Part shown: piece after piece, positions 1 through 7,583 of the stretch
Numbering within the stretch: the stretch's first letter is position 1
How the letters are laid out: each line of letters begins with the position of its first letter
Origin: Candidatus Heimdallarchaeota archaeon
Lineage (GTDB): Archaea; Asgardarchaeota; Heimdallarchaeia; Hodarchaeales; Hodarchaeaceae
DNA: 16,096 nucleotides
Direction of reading: 5' to 3'
Assembly (NCBI GenBank): GCA_048881705.1
Contig: JBHLSH010000083.1
Location: forward strand, 1 to 16,096
Notes under the pieces: generated by a model
The model's database searches: none
The model's input: the letters and a program-made list of their open reading frames with translations, nothing else
Told to the model about the DNA's origin: nothing
Made by a program: the position numbers and the translations under genes

Positions 1-60
1 AACAAAGAAAAAAAACCAAAAACTAGAAAACCTCGAGCTAAAACAGCAAAGAAAAAGTAA
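1..60 (+). CDS. 3' end of Lys-rich micropeptide, copy 1 (5'-truncated by the window): NKEKKPKTRKPRAKTAKKK*
   Basis: Frame 1 is open from base 1 to TAA at 58-60. 12 of 19 residues are identical to the complete 21-aa ORF at 703-768, and it sits the same 56 nt upstream of the acidic ORF. Confidence 0.7.
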   Translation, partial: NKEKKPKTRKPRAKTAKKK

Positions 61-116
61 CTAGGTTAGTCGAAATCTAAATCTATAAGCTTAATTATTT
101 GGAAAAGGTGAGATTT

Positions 117-227
117 ATGAACAAAAAGCCAAAGAAAAACCAATCTCCCAAAAAACCAGTCTATGAAGAAGAAGAAGAAGAAGAAGAGAACTGGGACGAC
201 GAAGATTGGGATGACGAAGACGAGTAA
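117..227 (+). CDS. 36-aa basic-head/acidic-tail micropeptide, copy 1: MNKKPKKNQSPKKPVYEEEEEEEENWDDEDWDDEDE
   Basis: ATG 117, TAA 225-227, RBS AGGTGAG at 106-112. Paralogous to 825-968 (28 identical nt, 148-175 vs 856-883). Below the ORF-track size cutoff. Confidence 0.75.
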   Translation: MNKKPKKNQSPKKPVYEEEEEEEENWDDEDWDDEDE

Positions 228-262
228 TCTAACCTAGCTGATATCTTTCTTAGTTGAGGAGC

Positions 263-289
263 GATTTTCCCAGCAATCTAGGGAAAATC
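263..289 (+). terminator. Stem-loop GATTTTCCC-N9-GGGAAAATC downstream of acidic peptide copy 1 (terminator or 3' stability hairpin)
   Basis: Perfect 9-bp inverted repeat, followed by a T-rich tract at about 307-334. The same stem recurs at 1005-1028. Confidence 0.55.
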
Positions 290-624
290 AAACCCCACCT
301 ATTCATTCTGATTTATATTTTCTTTTAATTTTTCGTAGCCAGAACAGGCTTTCTTTATTCGAATTTTTATTTCAAATCATGCAAAATCATGAAAAAACTG
401 ACCACCTGTATACATAGAAACACTCCTAGAGCCCTGCATGGTAGTTTATAGCAAGTCCTAGGGCTTTTGGCACTTTTGAGCACCAATTTGAACAGATAAG
501 AACCATTTTCTTTTTTTCTAAAACTCCATTTAACGGATTTAAATGTCATTTAGAATATAGGACAGAATTTATTGGTCGGTTTGAAACCGCACGTATCCGC
601 ACCAGCAGTAAAGCGGTGGTAACA

Positions 625-632
625 TTTAAATA
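625..632 (+). promoter_or_regulatory. Candidate archaeal TATA box (TTTAAATA) for micropeptide cassette copy 2
   Basis: Matches the archaeal TATA consensus, about 70 nt upstream of ATG 703, which has its own RBS. Consistent with a leadered transcript. Confidence 0.4.
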
Positions 633-702
633 GGCTCTAAAGTGGGCACCACATGGCCTGAAAAAGATGGCCAGAATGAATACATACAATTAGGTGAGAT
701 AC

Positions 703-768
703 ATGTCCAAAAAAGGAAAGAAATCAAAGGCAAAAAAACCACAAGCTAAAACAACAAAGAAAAAATGA
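703..768 (+). CDS. 21-aa Lys-rich micropeptide, copy 2: MSKKGKKSKAKKPQAKTTKKK
   Basis: ATG 703, TGA 766-768, RBS AGGTGAG at 692-698. 11 Lys, no acidic residues. Paralogous to the ORF ending at 60. Confidence 0.7.
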   Translation: MSKKGKKSKAKKPQAKTTKKK

Positions 769-824
769 ATTAATCAAACCAGATTCAGGTTGGCACGATC
801 TTAAGTTTGAAATAGGTGATTAAT

Positions 825-968
825 GTGAAATCGGGACCGAAAAGGAAACCAACTTCCAAAAAACCAGTCTATGAAGAAGAAGAGGAAAGAGAAGAAGAGG
901 ATTGGGACGATGAAGACTGGGATGACGAAGATTGGGACGACGAGGATTGGGATGAAGAAAACAATTAG
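825..968 (+). CDS. 47-aa basic-head/acidic-tail micropeptide, copy 2: MKSGPKRKPTSKKPVYEEEEEREEEDWDDEDWDDEDWDDEDWDEENN
   Basis: GTG 825, TAG 966-968, RBS AGGTGAT at 814-820. The 15-nt repeat units differ almost only at third codon positions of this frame. Confidence 0.75.
   Translation: MKSGPKRKPTSKKPVYEEEEEREEEDWDDEDWDDEDWDDEDWDEENN
900..959 (+). repeat. Four tandem 15-bp units encoding DWDD/EE (gattgggacgatgaa, gactgggatgacgaa, gattgggacgacgag, gattgggatgaagaa)
   Basis: Read directly from the sequence. Copy 1 carries two such units at 189-218. Confidence 0.85.
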
Positions 969-1004
969 CCAACAAGGTTTTTCGAAGTCGTAATAAAGCG
1001 TAGT

Positions 1005-1028
1005 ATTTTCCCATCTCCCTGGGAAAAT
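1005..1028 (+). terminator. Stem-loop ATTTTCCCA-N6-TGGGAAAAT downstream of acidic peptide copy 2
   Basis: Perfect 9-bp inverted repeat at the same distance from the stop codon as in copy 1. T-rich tract at about 1037-1048. Confidence 0.55.
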
Positions 1029-1175
1029 CACTGCTGCTTATTTATTTATGCCCAAGGGGAGTTCATTTTTGATATTTCGGCATAAATGACTGTAATATTT
1101 ACTTTATCCCATCTATGCAAGTTTAGATATTCATAACCATCTTATGGAAATGCTAGGGGAATTTAATTAGCAATC

Positions 1176-2183
1176 TTAGGCGGGAAGCTCAAGCAGATTC
1201 TCTGGACTTATCTCACGGGTTCCATTCTCAATTTCACGGGCAATCTCATAGATTTTCGTATTGATGGGGGTCGGTACTTCAAGTTTCTTCCCTTTAAGGG
1301 CGATATATCCGTTGAAATACTCAAGTTCAGATTTGCCCCCCCGTTCCAATGTTTGGAGACTAGACGACTTAAATCCACCAAAATATTCCCCTAGAGATTT
1401 AATATATTCATGGTTTTCTTCTATTAATTTAGCTGAATCAGAAAAGATTAAACGTGGCAAATCGACCGCTCCAAGTTTAACGAGGTTATAACCTAAACGC
1501 TCAGCAACGGATGCAGCCTCGGAGCCAATCCGCATTGCTAGTAGCCGCGTACGTCGAGAAGCGAACAAATCAGGGTAGGGAAGCCCGCAAATCGCTTGTA
1601 ATCCATTTGTCCATGCATTGTAGGTTAATTTGCTATATAGCATATCGTAAATATTCTCGGTTACCTCCACGGCTGAGCAATAATTTAGAAGAGTTGCCAC
1701 CTCATCTAGGCGTTCCTGGTTTCCATTCTCATCAAGTAATCCAACGAAAAAATTGCCACGGGATCCCCTTTTGATTACGCCAGAATCTAACATCGTTGAG
1801 GCCCAAAATACAATTCCTCCTATTACTCGGTTCCGGCCGACAATTGCCGCCACTTCATCTTCAACGATTCCATTTTGAAGAGTAACAACCACGCTATCGT
1901 CTTTCAGGTGCGGAAGTATGGCCCGCGCTGTCGGAACAACGTCAAACGCTTTCATGACAAAAAAGACGATATCAAAGGTTCCCTCGAGATCTGTGATCAA
2001 GGGTACGGCTTTCATCTTAACTAGTCGAGATTCCCCCTCTTCTTCGAGTTTTAATCCCTTATTCTGTATTTTTTTAGCTAGAGAGGGATATTTCGTCACA
2101 GCAGTAATATCTAGTCCGTTTTCTGCAAGATGGGCTGCGAGTGGCCCACCTATAGCTCCAATGCCAGCAACAACTATTCGCAT
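1176..2183 (-). CDS. panE: Ketopantoate reductase (PanE/ApbA) family protein
   Basis: N-terminal Rossmann motif MRIVVAGIGAIGG, TLQNG motif, SKLTYN (catalytic Lys position) and SELEYFNG (catalytic Glu position). Start placed at ATG 2183; ATG 2198 is the alternative. Confidence 0.85.
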   Translation of the reverse strand: MRIVVAGIGAIGGPLAAHLAENGLDITAVTKYPSLAKKIQNKGLKLEEEGESRLVKMKAVPLITDLEGTFDIVFFVMKAFDVVPTARAILPHLKDDSVVVTLQNGIVEDEVAAIVGRNRVIGGIVFWASTMLDSGVIKRGSRGNFFVGLLDENGNQERLDEVATLLNYCSAVEVTENIYDMLYSKLTYNAWTNGLQAICGLPYPDLFASRRTRLLAMRIGSEAASVAERLGYNLVKLGAVDLPRLIFSDSAKLIEENHEYIKSLGEYFGGFKSSSLQTLERGGKSELEYFNGYIALKGKKLEVPTPINTKIYEIAREIENGTREISPENLLELPA

Positions 2184-2201
2184 TGTCCGTACTCTCATTT
2201 T

Positions 2202-2459
2202 TTAGCTCTTAACAAAAGAAATCGGATGTGATTCGTGTCTTTTGAATCCGAATTCTACCCATAGATGATATTTTATTAGACCTATTTTTCCTCTGTCTTC
2301 TGTTTTTTGCTCAGGGCCACCAAGATCAAGAAAATCTAAACTGCTGTTAACCTCCGGTATGATAGAATCGGTATTACGAACAACTAGGCAAAACGATACA
2401 CAACTTGCGCGACTTAATTTCGAATAAGCTACTAGAAATTCAATACCTGACCATTCCAT
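2202..2459 (-). CDS. Possible 85-aa hypothetical protein (MEWSGIEF...)
   Basis: Fills the gap exactly: ATG is 2 nt after the upstream stop (2462) and the stop is 3 nt before ATG 2198. No recognisable motif. Confidence 0.3.
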   Translation of the reverse strand: MEWSGIEFLVAYSKLSRASCVSFCLVVRNTDSIIPEVNSSLDFLDLGGPEQKTEDRGKIGLIKYHLWVEFGFKRHESHPISFVKS

Positions 2460-2461
2460 AG

Positions 2462-2752
2462 TTATTTTCGTATTAGTCGTTGTAGGAAACCTTTTTTTTG
2501 AAAATGCTTTTTCCATTGGCGAAGTATTTCATCAGCCATATCATAGGGCCCAGTGAGAGCATAAAATTCGATGCCACTATTAGCAGCCATCTTTCGAAGT
2601 GTTTCTCTCGTGAATTCGGTTTCCGTAATCTGAAATGACTTGATCCTGTGGCCAGATCTAAACAGCTCAAATCCATAACCAACGGAAGTTCTCGACATTT
2701 CCAAAAAGTAATTCCTGCACGAAGGAACCTGAAATCTTACGTTTAACGCCAT
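2462..2752 (-). CDS. 96-aa hypothetical protein with C-terminal amphipathic basic helix (KKGFLQRLIRK)
   Basis: Protein-like ORF. A TTTATA box on the minus strand at 2780-2775 lies 23-28 nt upstream of ATG 2752, favouring this start over 2770. Confidence 0.7.
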   Translation of the reverse strand: MALNVRFQVPSCRNYFLEMSRTSVGYGFELFRSGHRIKSFQITETEFTRETLRKMAANSGIEFYALTGPYDMADEILRQWKKHFQKKGFLQRLIRK

Positions 2753-2772
2753 TTCCTTAATCTCTATCAATC

Positions 2773-2780
2773 TCTATAAA
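2773..2780 (-). promoter_or_regulatory. Candidate TATA box (TTTATAGA) for a leaderless transcript starting near ATG 2752
   Basis: Consensus sequence at the canonical archaeal spacing from the ATG. Confidence 0.4.
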
Positions 2781-2941
2781 CGAACTGGATTTATGAAGGA
2801 TTTTTCTCCTGGTAAGTCATACAAATGACGTTTTATCCTGAGAAATTATATGATTTTCATTTGTTGCGCCAGGAGAGCAAGCGTAATAAGCATAAGCAGA
2901 ATTTAAAATATAAATTTAAGGCAGGGGGATTGTGTAAGACC

Positions 2942-3490
2942 GTGGCGTTTCATCATTCTTGGAAATATGACAGGGTAATGGATCAATTGAAAATGCTTCA
3001 TCTCAAATCTGAAGCAATTTGGGTGGATGCTGGTTGCGGTACAGGTACTTTTACATTTCCTATGTCGACTCTAGTCAATAAAGTTATAGCGGTCGATCAG
3101 AGCGTATCAAGAATCACCCATTTGAGAAAATCTTTGCCTAGTAATGCCAATATCATTCCTCTTGTGAGTGATTTTAACCACGATAGATACACAATTGATC
3201 CTGTTGATGGAATCTTGTTCGGATTCTCACTTCATTATCAACAAAATCCTTTAATCGCTCTTAAAAACGCATACAACCAGATAAGGCCAGCGGGAAGTGT
3301 GGTAGTTTTTGAATACTGTAGGAAAACTCCTTTACCTTGGGTACCCCATCCTATTCCTGCTGGAAGAGGTAAAGCCTTACTTGCAGATTGTGGGTTTATT
3401 TCTAATGAGATGATTTTTCAAAATAAGCGATTTTACATAATAAAAGGAATAAAAAATCTTGTCAGCTCAAAATTTGGCCCCACAAGATGA
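2942..3490 (+). CDS. Class I SAM-dependent methyltransferase
   Basis: Motif I WVDAGCGTGTF, VIAVD acidic motif II, DGILFGFSLHY, VVFEY. Start placed at GTG 2942 because 2825-2940 is AT-rich and promoter-like (TTTAAAATATAAA about 2902-2914); the ORF track start is 2825. Overlaps the convergent ABC gene by 24 nt. Confidence 0.85.
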   Translation: MAFHHSWKYDRVMDQLKMLHLKSEAIWVDAGCGTGTFTFPMSTLVNKVIAVDQSVSRITHLRKSLPSNANIIPLVSDFNHDRYTIDPVDGILFGFSLHYQQNPLIALKNAYNQIRPAGSVVVFEYCRKTPLPWVPHPIPAGRGKALLADCGFISNEMIFQNKRFYIIKGIKNLVSSKFGPTR

Positions 3491-4492
3491 ACAAAACGAA
3501 GCATTGATAGGATTAAAAATACCACAAACGGGACACTCCTTCTGGTCTGTTGATTCATCTGTCACTTGGATGTCTTTTTCCGCAAGCGATTCAAGGGGGC
3601 TTAGTAGTATCCTCGACCCATCAATCACCTTAACATCCCATAATGAACTGAAGTTCTGCAACTGATTCACCACATTTTCCGGCAAACTAATACGATGGTC
3701 GCTATCCATTACAACCATCCGTGATAAATCTAATTTCATTAGATCTATGCCTTCTGCATGTTGACCAAGCAGAAGTCCATCTCGAAGTTCCAAGCTCCTA
3801 TCTGCATACTTTGCGACAAATGTACTATGAGTAGCGACCATAAACGCCATACCCGTCTCTCGATTAAGTTCTTTGAACAGTTCCAACAATCTGACGCTCG
3901 TTTTAAAGTCAACATTTCCCGTAGGCTCATCTGCAATAATCAATCGCGGCTGATTTGCCATTGCTCGAGCGATGGCTACGCGTTGACGTTCCCCACCCGA
4001 TAAACGAGTTGCCAATTGATTTTTTCGGTGGGAAACGCCAATCAATTCCAATAGCTCAATCGCTCTCTTCTTACGGAATCCATACTCAACCCCGTTGACC
4101 GCCAAACTTTGTATAATGTTATCAATTGCACTTAAATCTGGCAGAAGGTTACCTTCTTGGAATACAAAACCAATTTTCTCCCGGCGATAGTTCACTAAAT
4201 CTTCTTCGGGCGTGTGTGTAATATCTAGGCCATCAAAGAATATAGTTCCCGCTGTTGGTCGCATTAAGCCTCCTACAATTTCTAATAGTGATGATTTTCC
4301 AGATCCGCTAGGACCCACAATAGAGACAAATTCACCTTCCTGGATATCGAAGCTAACACCTTTGAGCGCTACAACCGACGCTCTTTCAGCCCTTCCACGG
4401 TAGATATGGTAAATGCTTTTGCACCGTAGCATTGCTTCTGATGGGATGTCTTTTTGGCCCATATCATTGATCTCTGTACTCAATTTAGGCAC
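3467..4492 (-). CDS. ABC transporter ATP-binding protein (LolD/MacB-like NBD) with C-terminal AbrB-like segment and zinc ribbon
   Basis: Walker A GPSGSGKSS, signature LSGGERQRV, Walker B IIADEPTGN, H-loop ATHS. C-terminus CPVCG...FCSSCG. Start is GTG 4492 or ATG 4462. Confidence 0.9.
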   Translation of the reverse strand: MPKLSTEINDMGQKDIPSEAMLRCKSIYHIYRGRAERASVVALKGVSFDIQEGEFVSIVGPSGSGKSSLLEIVGGLMRPTAGTIFFDGLDITHTPEEDLVNYRREKIGFVFQEGNLLPDLSAIDNIIQSLAVNGVEYGFRKKRAIELLELIGVSHRKNQLATRLSGGERQRVAIARAMANQPRLIIADEPTGNVDFKTSVRLLELFKELNRETGMAFMVATHSTFVAKYADRSLELRDGLLLGQHAEGIDLMKLDLSRMVVMDSDHRISLPENVVNQLQNFSSLWDVKVIDGSRILLSPLESLAEKDIQVTDESTDQKECPVCGIFNPINASFCSSCGAKF

Positions 4493-4493
4493 C

Positions 4494-7400
4494 TCATAAT
4501 TCCCTCACGACGACTGAGATCTTTGATGTCATTGCTCCACGAACACTAAGAAAAGTGGCAAACATCATAGCGAAAAAAGTAACTAGTATAGTTACGGTTA
4601 GAGACGGCCAATCAAATACTAATAAACGAGAAAGGCCAGTTCCTCCTCCAAACAAAGCACTTAGAGGCGTCACAAAGATATCAATAAACTCGAAAAATGC
4701 ATTGAATAAAATGGCTAGCCCGAGGCCAATCAACAATCCCCAAATCACTGATGTTAGGAGCATCACGATTGTTTCGCTAAATACAACCTTGTATATTTGC
4801 CGTCGGGAGGCCCCGTAGCTCTGTAGTATCGCAAATTCCTTTTTCCTCTGTTCCATGAGGATCGACATGAAGATAAAAGTCGCAAGAGTTGCAGCAATTA
4901 AAGAAATTATGAAATCAGCGGTGAGGAGTCCTGGAATGCCAAAATCCATTTGCTGTAGTTCCTGCGACCTACGAATTTCTCCAACAAGCGTGTTCACTGA
5001 AATCACCCAATTATGTTGGAGAAGAAGGTTTTTGATCTGGTCAACATTAGAATTGGGTTTTAACTTTAACAAATAATCCGTCGCCAAGAGTTCCTTTGGA
5101 TTACCTGTGTAAGAATCAAAGACATTATTGATGAAAGGAGGTAATTGATTCCTAAGCCCAGGAAAGCTGCTAACTAAAGTAACGAATGCGGAAAAGTCCA
5201 TTAGGTCATTGAGCAATTGATGATTGATAATTATATCACCGGGGCCGATCCCTGCAGGCGCATGGTGAAACGTCCCTACGATTGTAACATTACGAGGATG
5301 AAAACCAAATGAAATTAGGGTTTCATTCCTTCCGTAGCCAAGGAGTTCCAACGATATGGTTTGACCCACCTGCACATTCTTTTCGATAAGAGCATTCGAA
5401 CCGATTAAGCATCCATCCGGATTTTCTGAGAGTTTTTCCATTAACAAACTCGGACTAGTTCCAGGCAAAAGGGCATCACTTTGCCATATACCGATTGTAC
5501 CAAACGCATCCGCGTCTACGCTATGAATTAGAATAGGATCATTCCGGAGAAGCCCTGCATTGGATGAGATAGCCATGGCTCCTTCAATATCCGAGGAGGC
5601 TGCTAATAATTTGGTTATTGTCTGCGTAGAAAAGTTAATATTCGTTGTAACAGCGATATCTGCACCTATATCATATGTAATAAGTCTTTCCTTGTGAATT
5701 TCTCCGGTTGTACCTTGAATAGCCGCCAGCATAGCAAATGAAACTGTTAAGGAAATGATTAGAGCCAAACGAGGTATATCACCGGACTTCCTAAAGACAT
5801 TGCCTTTTACCAGAAGGGAAACATCCTTTAGAAAACCAATTCGCTTAATTATCGGATCAGTTTTCGATGGAATCCACACCACAAGACGTGAGACCATTGC
5901 AGAACCCCCGATCCAAAATAACACAGGGCCAATTAAGGCTAACAAGGGACCTACGGGGCCTAGATCCAAACTTACACGAACGTTTTGAAGTAATACAAGT
6001 ATTAGTACCAAGAGCCCTGTAACAAAAAAAATTATGTCAAGATTGTTGCGTCTTAGGAATCCCTCACGCTTTGAGTTTTCAACTTGTCGTACAGTTTCAA
6101 TTACTTCCATTTCAATGAATTTGTTTGATTTGCCGTTGATCATCAGCAGCAAGATGAGAACAACGAATCCTCCCACCAAGTAAAACGCAATTGGATCAAT
6201 ATTGGTCAATAATCTCGTAAAAGATGCAAGTTCGTCAAAAGCATTCTCACTCCATCTCATAAACCCAGAAGCTGTTCCAATAACCCACGCTCCAAAAACA
6301 GCGATTACATATCCAATAATCAAACCAGAAAAAGCCAAGATTAACGCTTCCATGATCACTTTGCGCTTTATCTGTCTCGGAGATGCTCCTTGAGTTTTTA
6401 AGACACCCACTTGGTAACGTCTCTCTTGTAATGAGATATCTAGCCCAAAGGAGAGTAAATATATGGAGAGAATCGCAACGGGAATTGTTAATATGGCATC
6501 GAAAACGAAAATGAAGACACTCATGATCTGAAAAGGTTCGAGTTTGCCCGCAACTGTATTTGTTCCAATAAGCCTATTGTCCTCGCCCTCAAACAGATTG
6601 ATGAGTTGACTTATTCGAGCGGAGATCCCCGTCGGATTTCCCAGTAGGCCGCTAAATTCAGGATGCGACATGTCAACTTTAAGCGCACAAAACCTCAGTT
6701 CATTGTCTTGGGCCGATTGGAGAAATGAAGATTGATTAGCATCCAAAACTAGCTCTACTGGCAAATAAATTAATCCTCCTTCTCCACCCTCGACGAAGTC
6801 GAAAGCGCTGCTGAATAAGCCAGCACTTGCCTCGCTTTCTGCAGCAAGTACTCCTGCAATGCTTACATTTTCTAGTGTTACTTTATTTACCGAACGTCGC
6901 TGAATCACATCTGGAAACCCGGGGGCGTTAGGATCCGCTACCTGGACTTCAAGCGTAAGATAGTTTAATCTATGGCCTCGTTGTAGCTTCGCTCGAGATG
7001 ACAAATCTTCGGAAATAAGAATTCCATGGTAATCAGGGCTTTCTTCTAAATATATTCCCGGATCACTGCCTGTTATCAGTAAATCGCGTATATCCCTCCC
7101 GATCTCGTTGTTATAGAAACTTCTATTAAAAATTCTTCCTTCTCCTGCGGAGAAAGTTTCGTTATTGTATTCTACAGTAATTTCTGCTTGAAGGAAGCTT
7201 GAAATGTACGTTTCGCTTCCGAACTGAGTAGCTTGAGATACCAAACGGCCGTTTCCATACAATAACTGGGCATCTGCTACCAGTTCATTGCTATCAAAAT
7301 ATTTCTGCATAGCCACGTATTCGCTTTCTGTTAATTTTCCTTCAAAATCCATCCGAATCTCAAAGGGGGAGCCTTCAATAATGCTTTCGTACACATTGCT

Positions 7401-7583
7401 CATTAATACATTTGTATAGATTGAAATTCCTGAGAGAATTGAAATACCAAGGATTAATCCTGCAATCATCGAGACCGAACGACGCTTGTTCCGTTTCAGG
7501 GATACAAGAGCCTGCCCGATATAGGAGAATCGATCTTTTATGCGAATTCGAGACGATCGAGGAAAAGCTTCCTGCCTCTTCAT
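4494..7583 (-). CDS. FtsX/MacB-family ABC permease with two tandem permease halves (1029 aa)
   Basis: Two repeats of TM + large extracytoplasmic domain + 3 TM, with coupling motifs QERRYQVGVLKTQGAS and EQRKKEFAILQSYGAS. ATGA overlap with the upstream ATPase stop. Confidence 0.9.
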   Translation of the reverse strand: MKRQEAFPRSSRIRIKDRFSYIGQALVSLKRNKRRSVSMIAGLILGISILSGISIYTNVLMSNVYESIIEGSPFEIRMDFEGKLTESEYVAMQKYFDSNELVADAQLLYGNGRLVSQATQFGSETYISSFLQAEITVEYNNETFSAGEGRIFNRSFYNNEIGRDIRDLLITGSDPGIYLEESPDYHGILISEDLSSRAKLQRGHRLNYLTLEVQVADPNAPGFPDVIQRRSVNKVTLENVSIAGVLAAESEASAGLFSSAFDFVEGGEGGLIYLPVELVLDANQSSFLQSAQDNELRFCALKVDMSHPEFSGLLGNPTGISARISQLINLFEGEDNRLIGTNTVAGKLEPFQIMSVFIFVFDAILTIPVAILSIYLLSFGLDISLQERRYQVGVLKTQGASPRQIKRKVIMEALILAFSGLIIGYVIAVFGAWVIGTASGFMRWSENAFDELASFTRLLTNIDPIAFYLVGGFVVLILLLMINGKSNKFIEMEVIETVRQVENSKREGFLRRNNLDIIFFVTGLLVLILVLLQNVRVSLDLGPVGPLLALIGPVLFWIGGSAMVSRLVVWIPSKTDPIIKRIGFLKDVSLLVKGNVFRKSGDIPRLALIISLTVSFAMLAAIQGTTGEIHKERLITYDIGADIAVTTNINFSTQTITKLLAASSDIEGAMAISSNAGLLRNDPILIHSVDADAFGTIGIWQSDALLPGTSPSLLMEKLSENPDGCLIGSNALIEKNVQVGQTISLELLGYGRNETLISFGFHPRNVTIVGTFHHAPAGIGPGDIIINHQLLNDLMDFSAFVTLVSSFPGLRNQLPPFINNVFDSYTGNPKELLATDYLLKLKPNSNVDQIKNLLLQHNWVISVNTLVGEIRRSQELQQMDFGIPGLLTADFIISLIAATLATFIFMSILMEQRKKEFAILQSYGASRRQIYKVVFSETIVMLLTSVIWGLLIGLGLAILFNAFFEFIDIFVTPLSALFGGGTGLSRLLVFDWPSLTVTILVTFFAMMFATFLSVRGAMTSKISVVVREL

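Noticed and set aside
367-549. 60-aa minus-strand ORF between the two cassette copies
   Set aside because: No RBS, no recognisable motif, AT-rich context. Cannot be excluded but is unsupported.
766-768. TGA of the Lys-rich peptide as selenocysteine, with the downstream hairpin as SECIS
   Set aside because: The paralogue ends in TAA at the same position, and the hairpin shows no SECIS-like core.
165-959. GAA and 15-bp repeats as a CRISPR array or mobile-element ends
   Set aside because: No repeat-spacer alternation, no cas or transposase gene; the repeats are explained by coding for Glu/Asp/Trp.
801-1031. Minus-strand ORFs 801-1031 (hydrophobic IPIxVxPIF repeats) and 820-1014 from the ORF track
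   Set aside because: Antisense shadows of the plus-strand DWDDE repeat. The plus frame has an RBS, a paralogue at 117-227 and synonymous-only variation; the minus ORFs have no intact counterpart in copy 1 that I could support.
2825-2941. N-terminal extensions given by the ORF track for the methyltransferase (2825) and for glgP (9618)
   Set aside because: The 2825-2940 segment looks like a divergent promoter region, and glgP has a good RBS before ATG 9654. Downstream starts were preferred.
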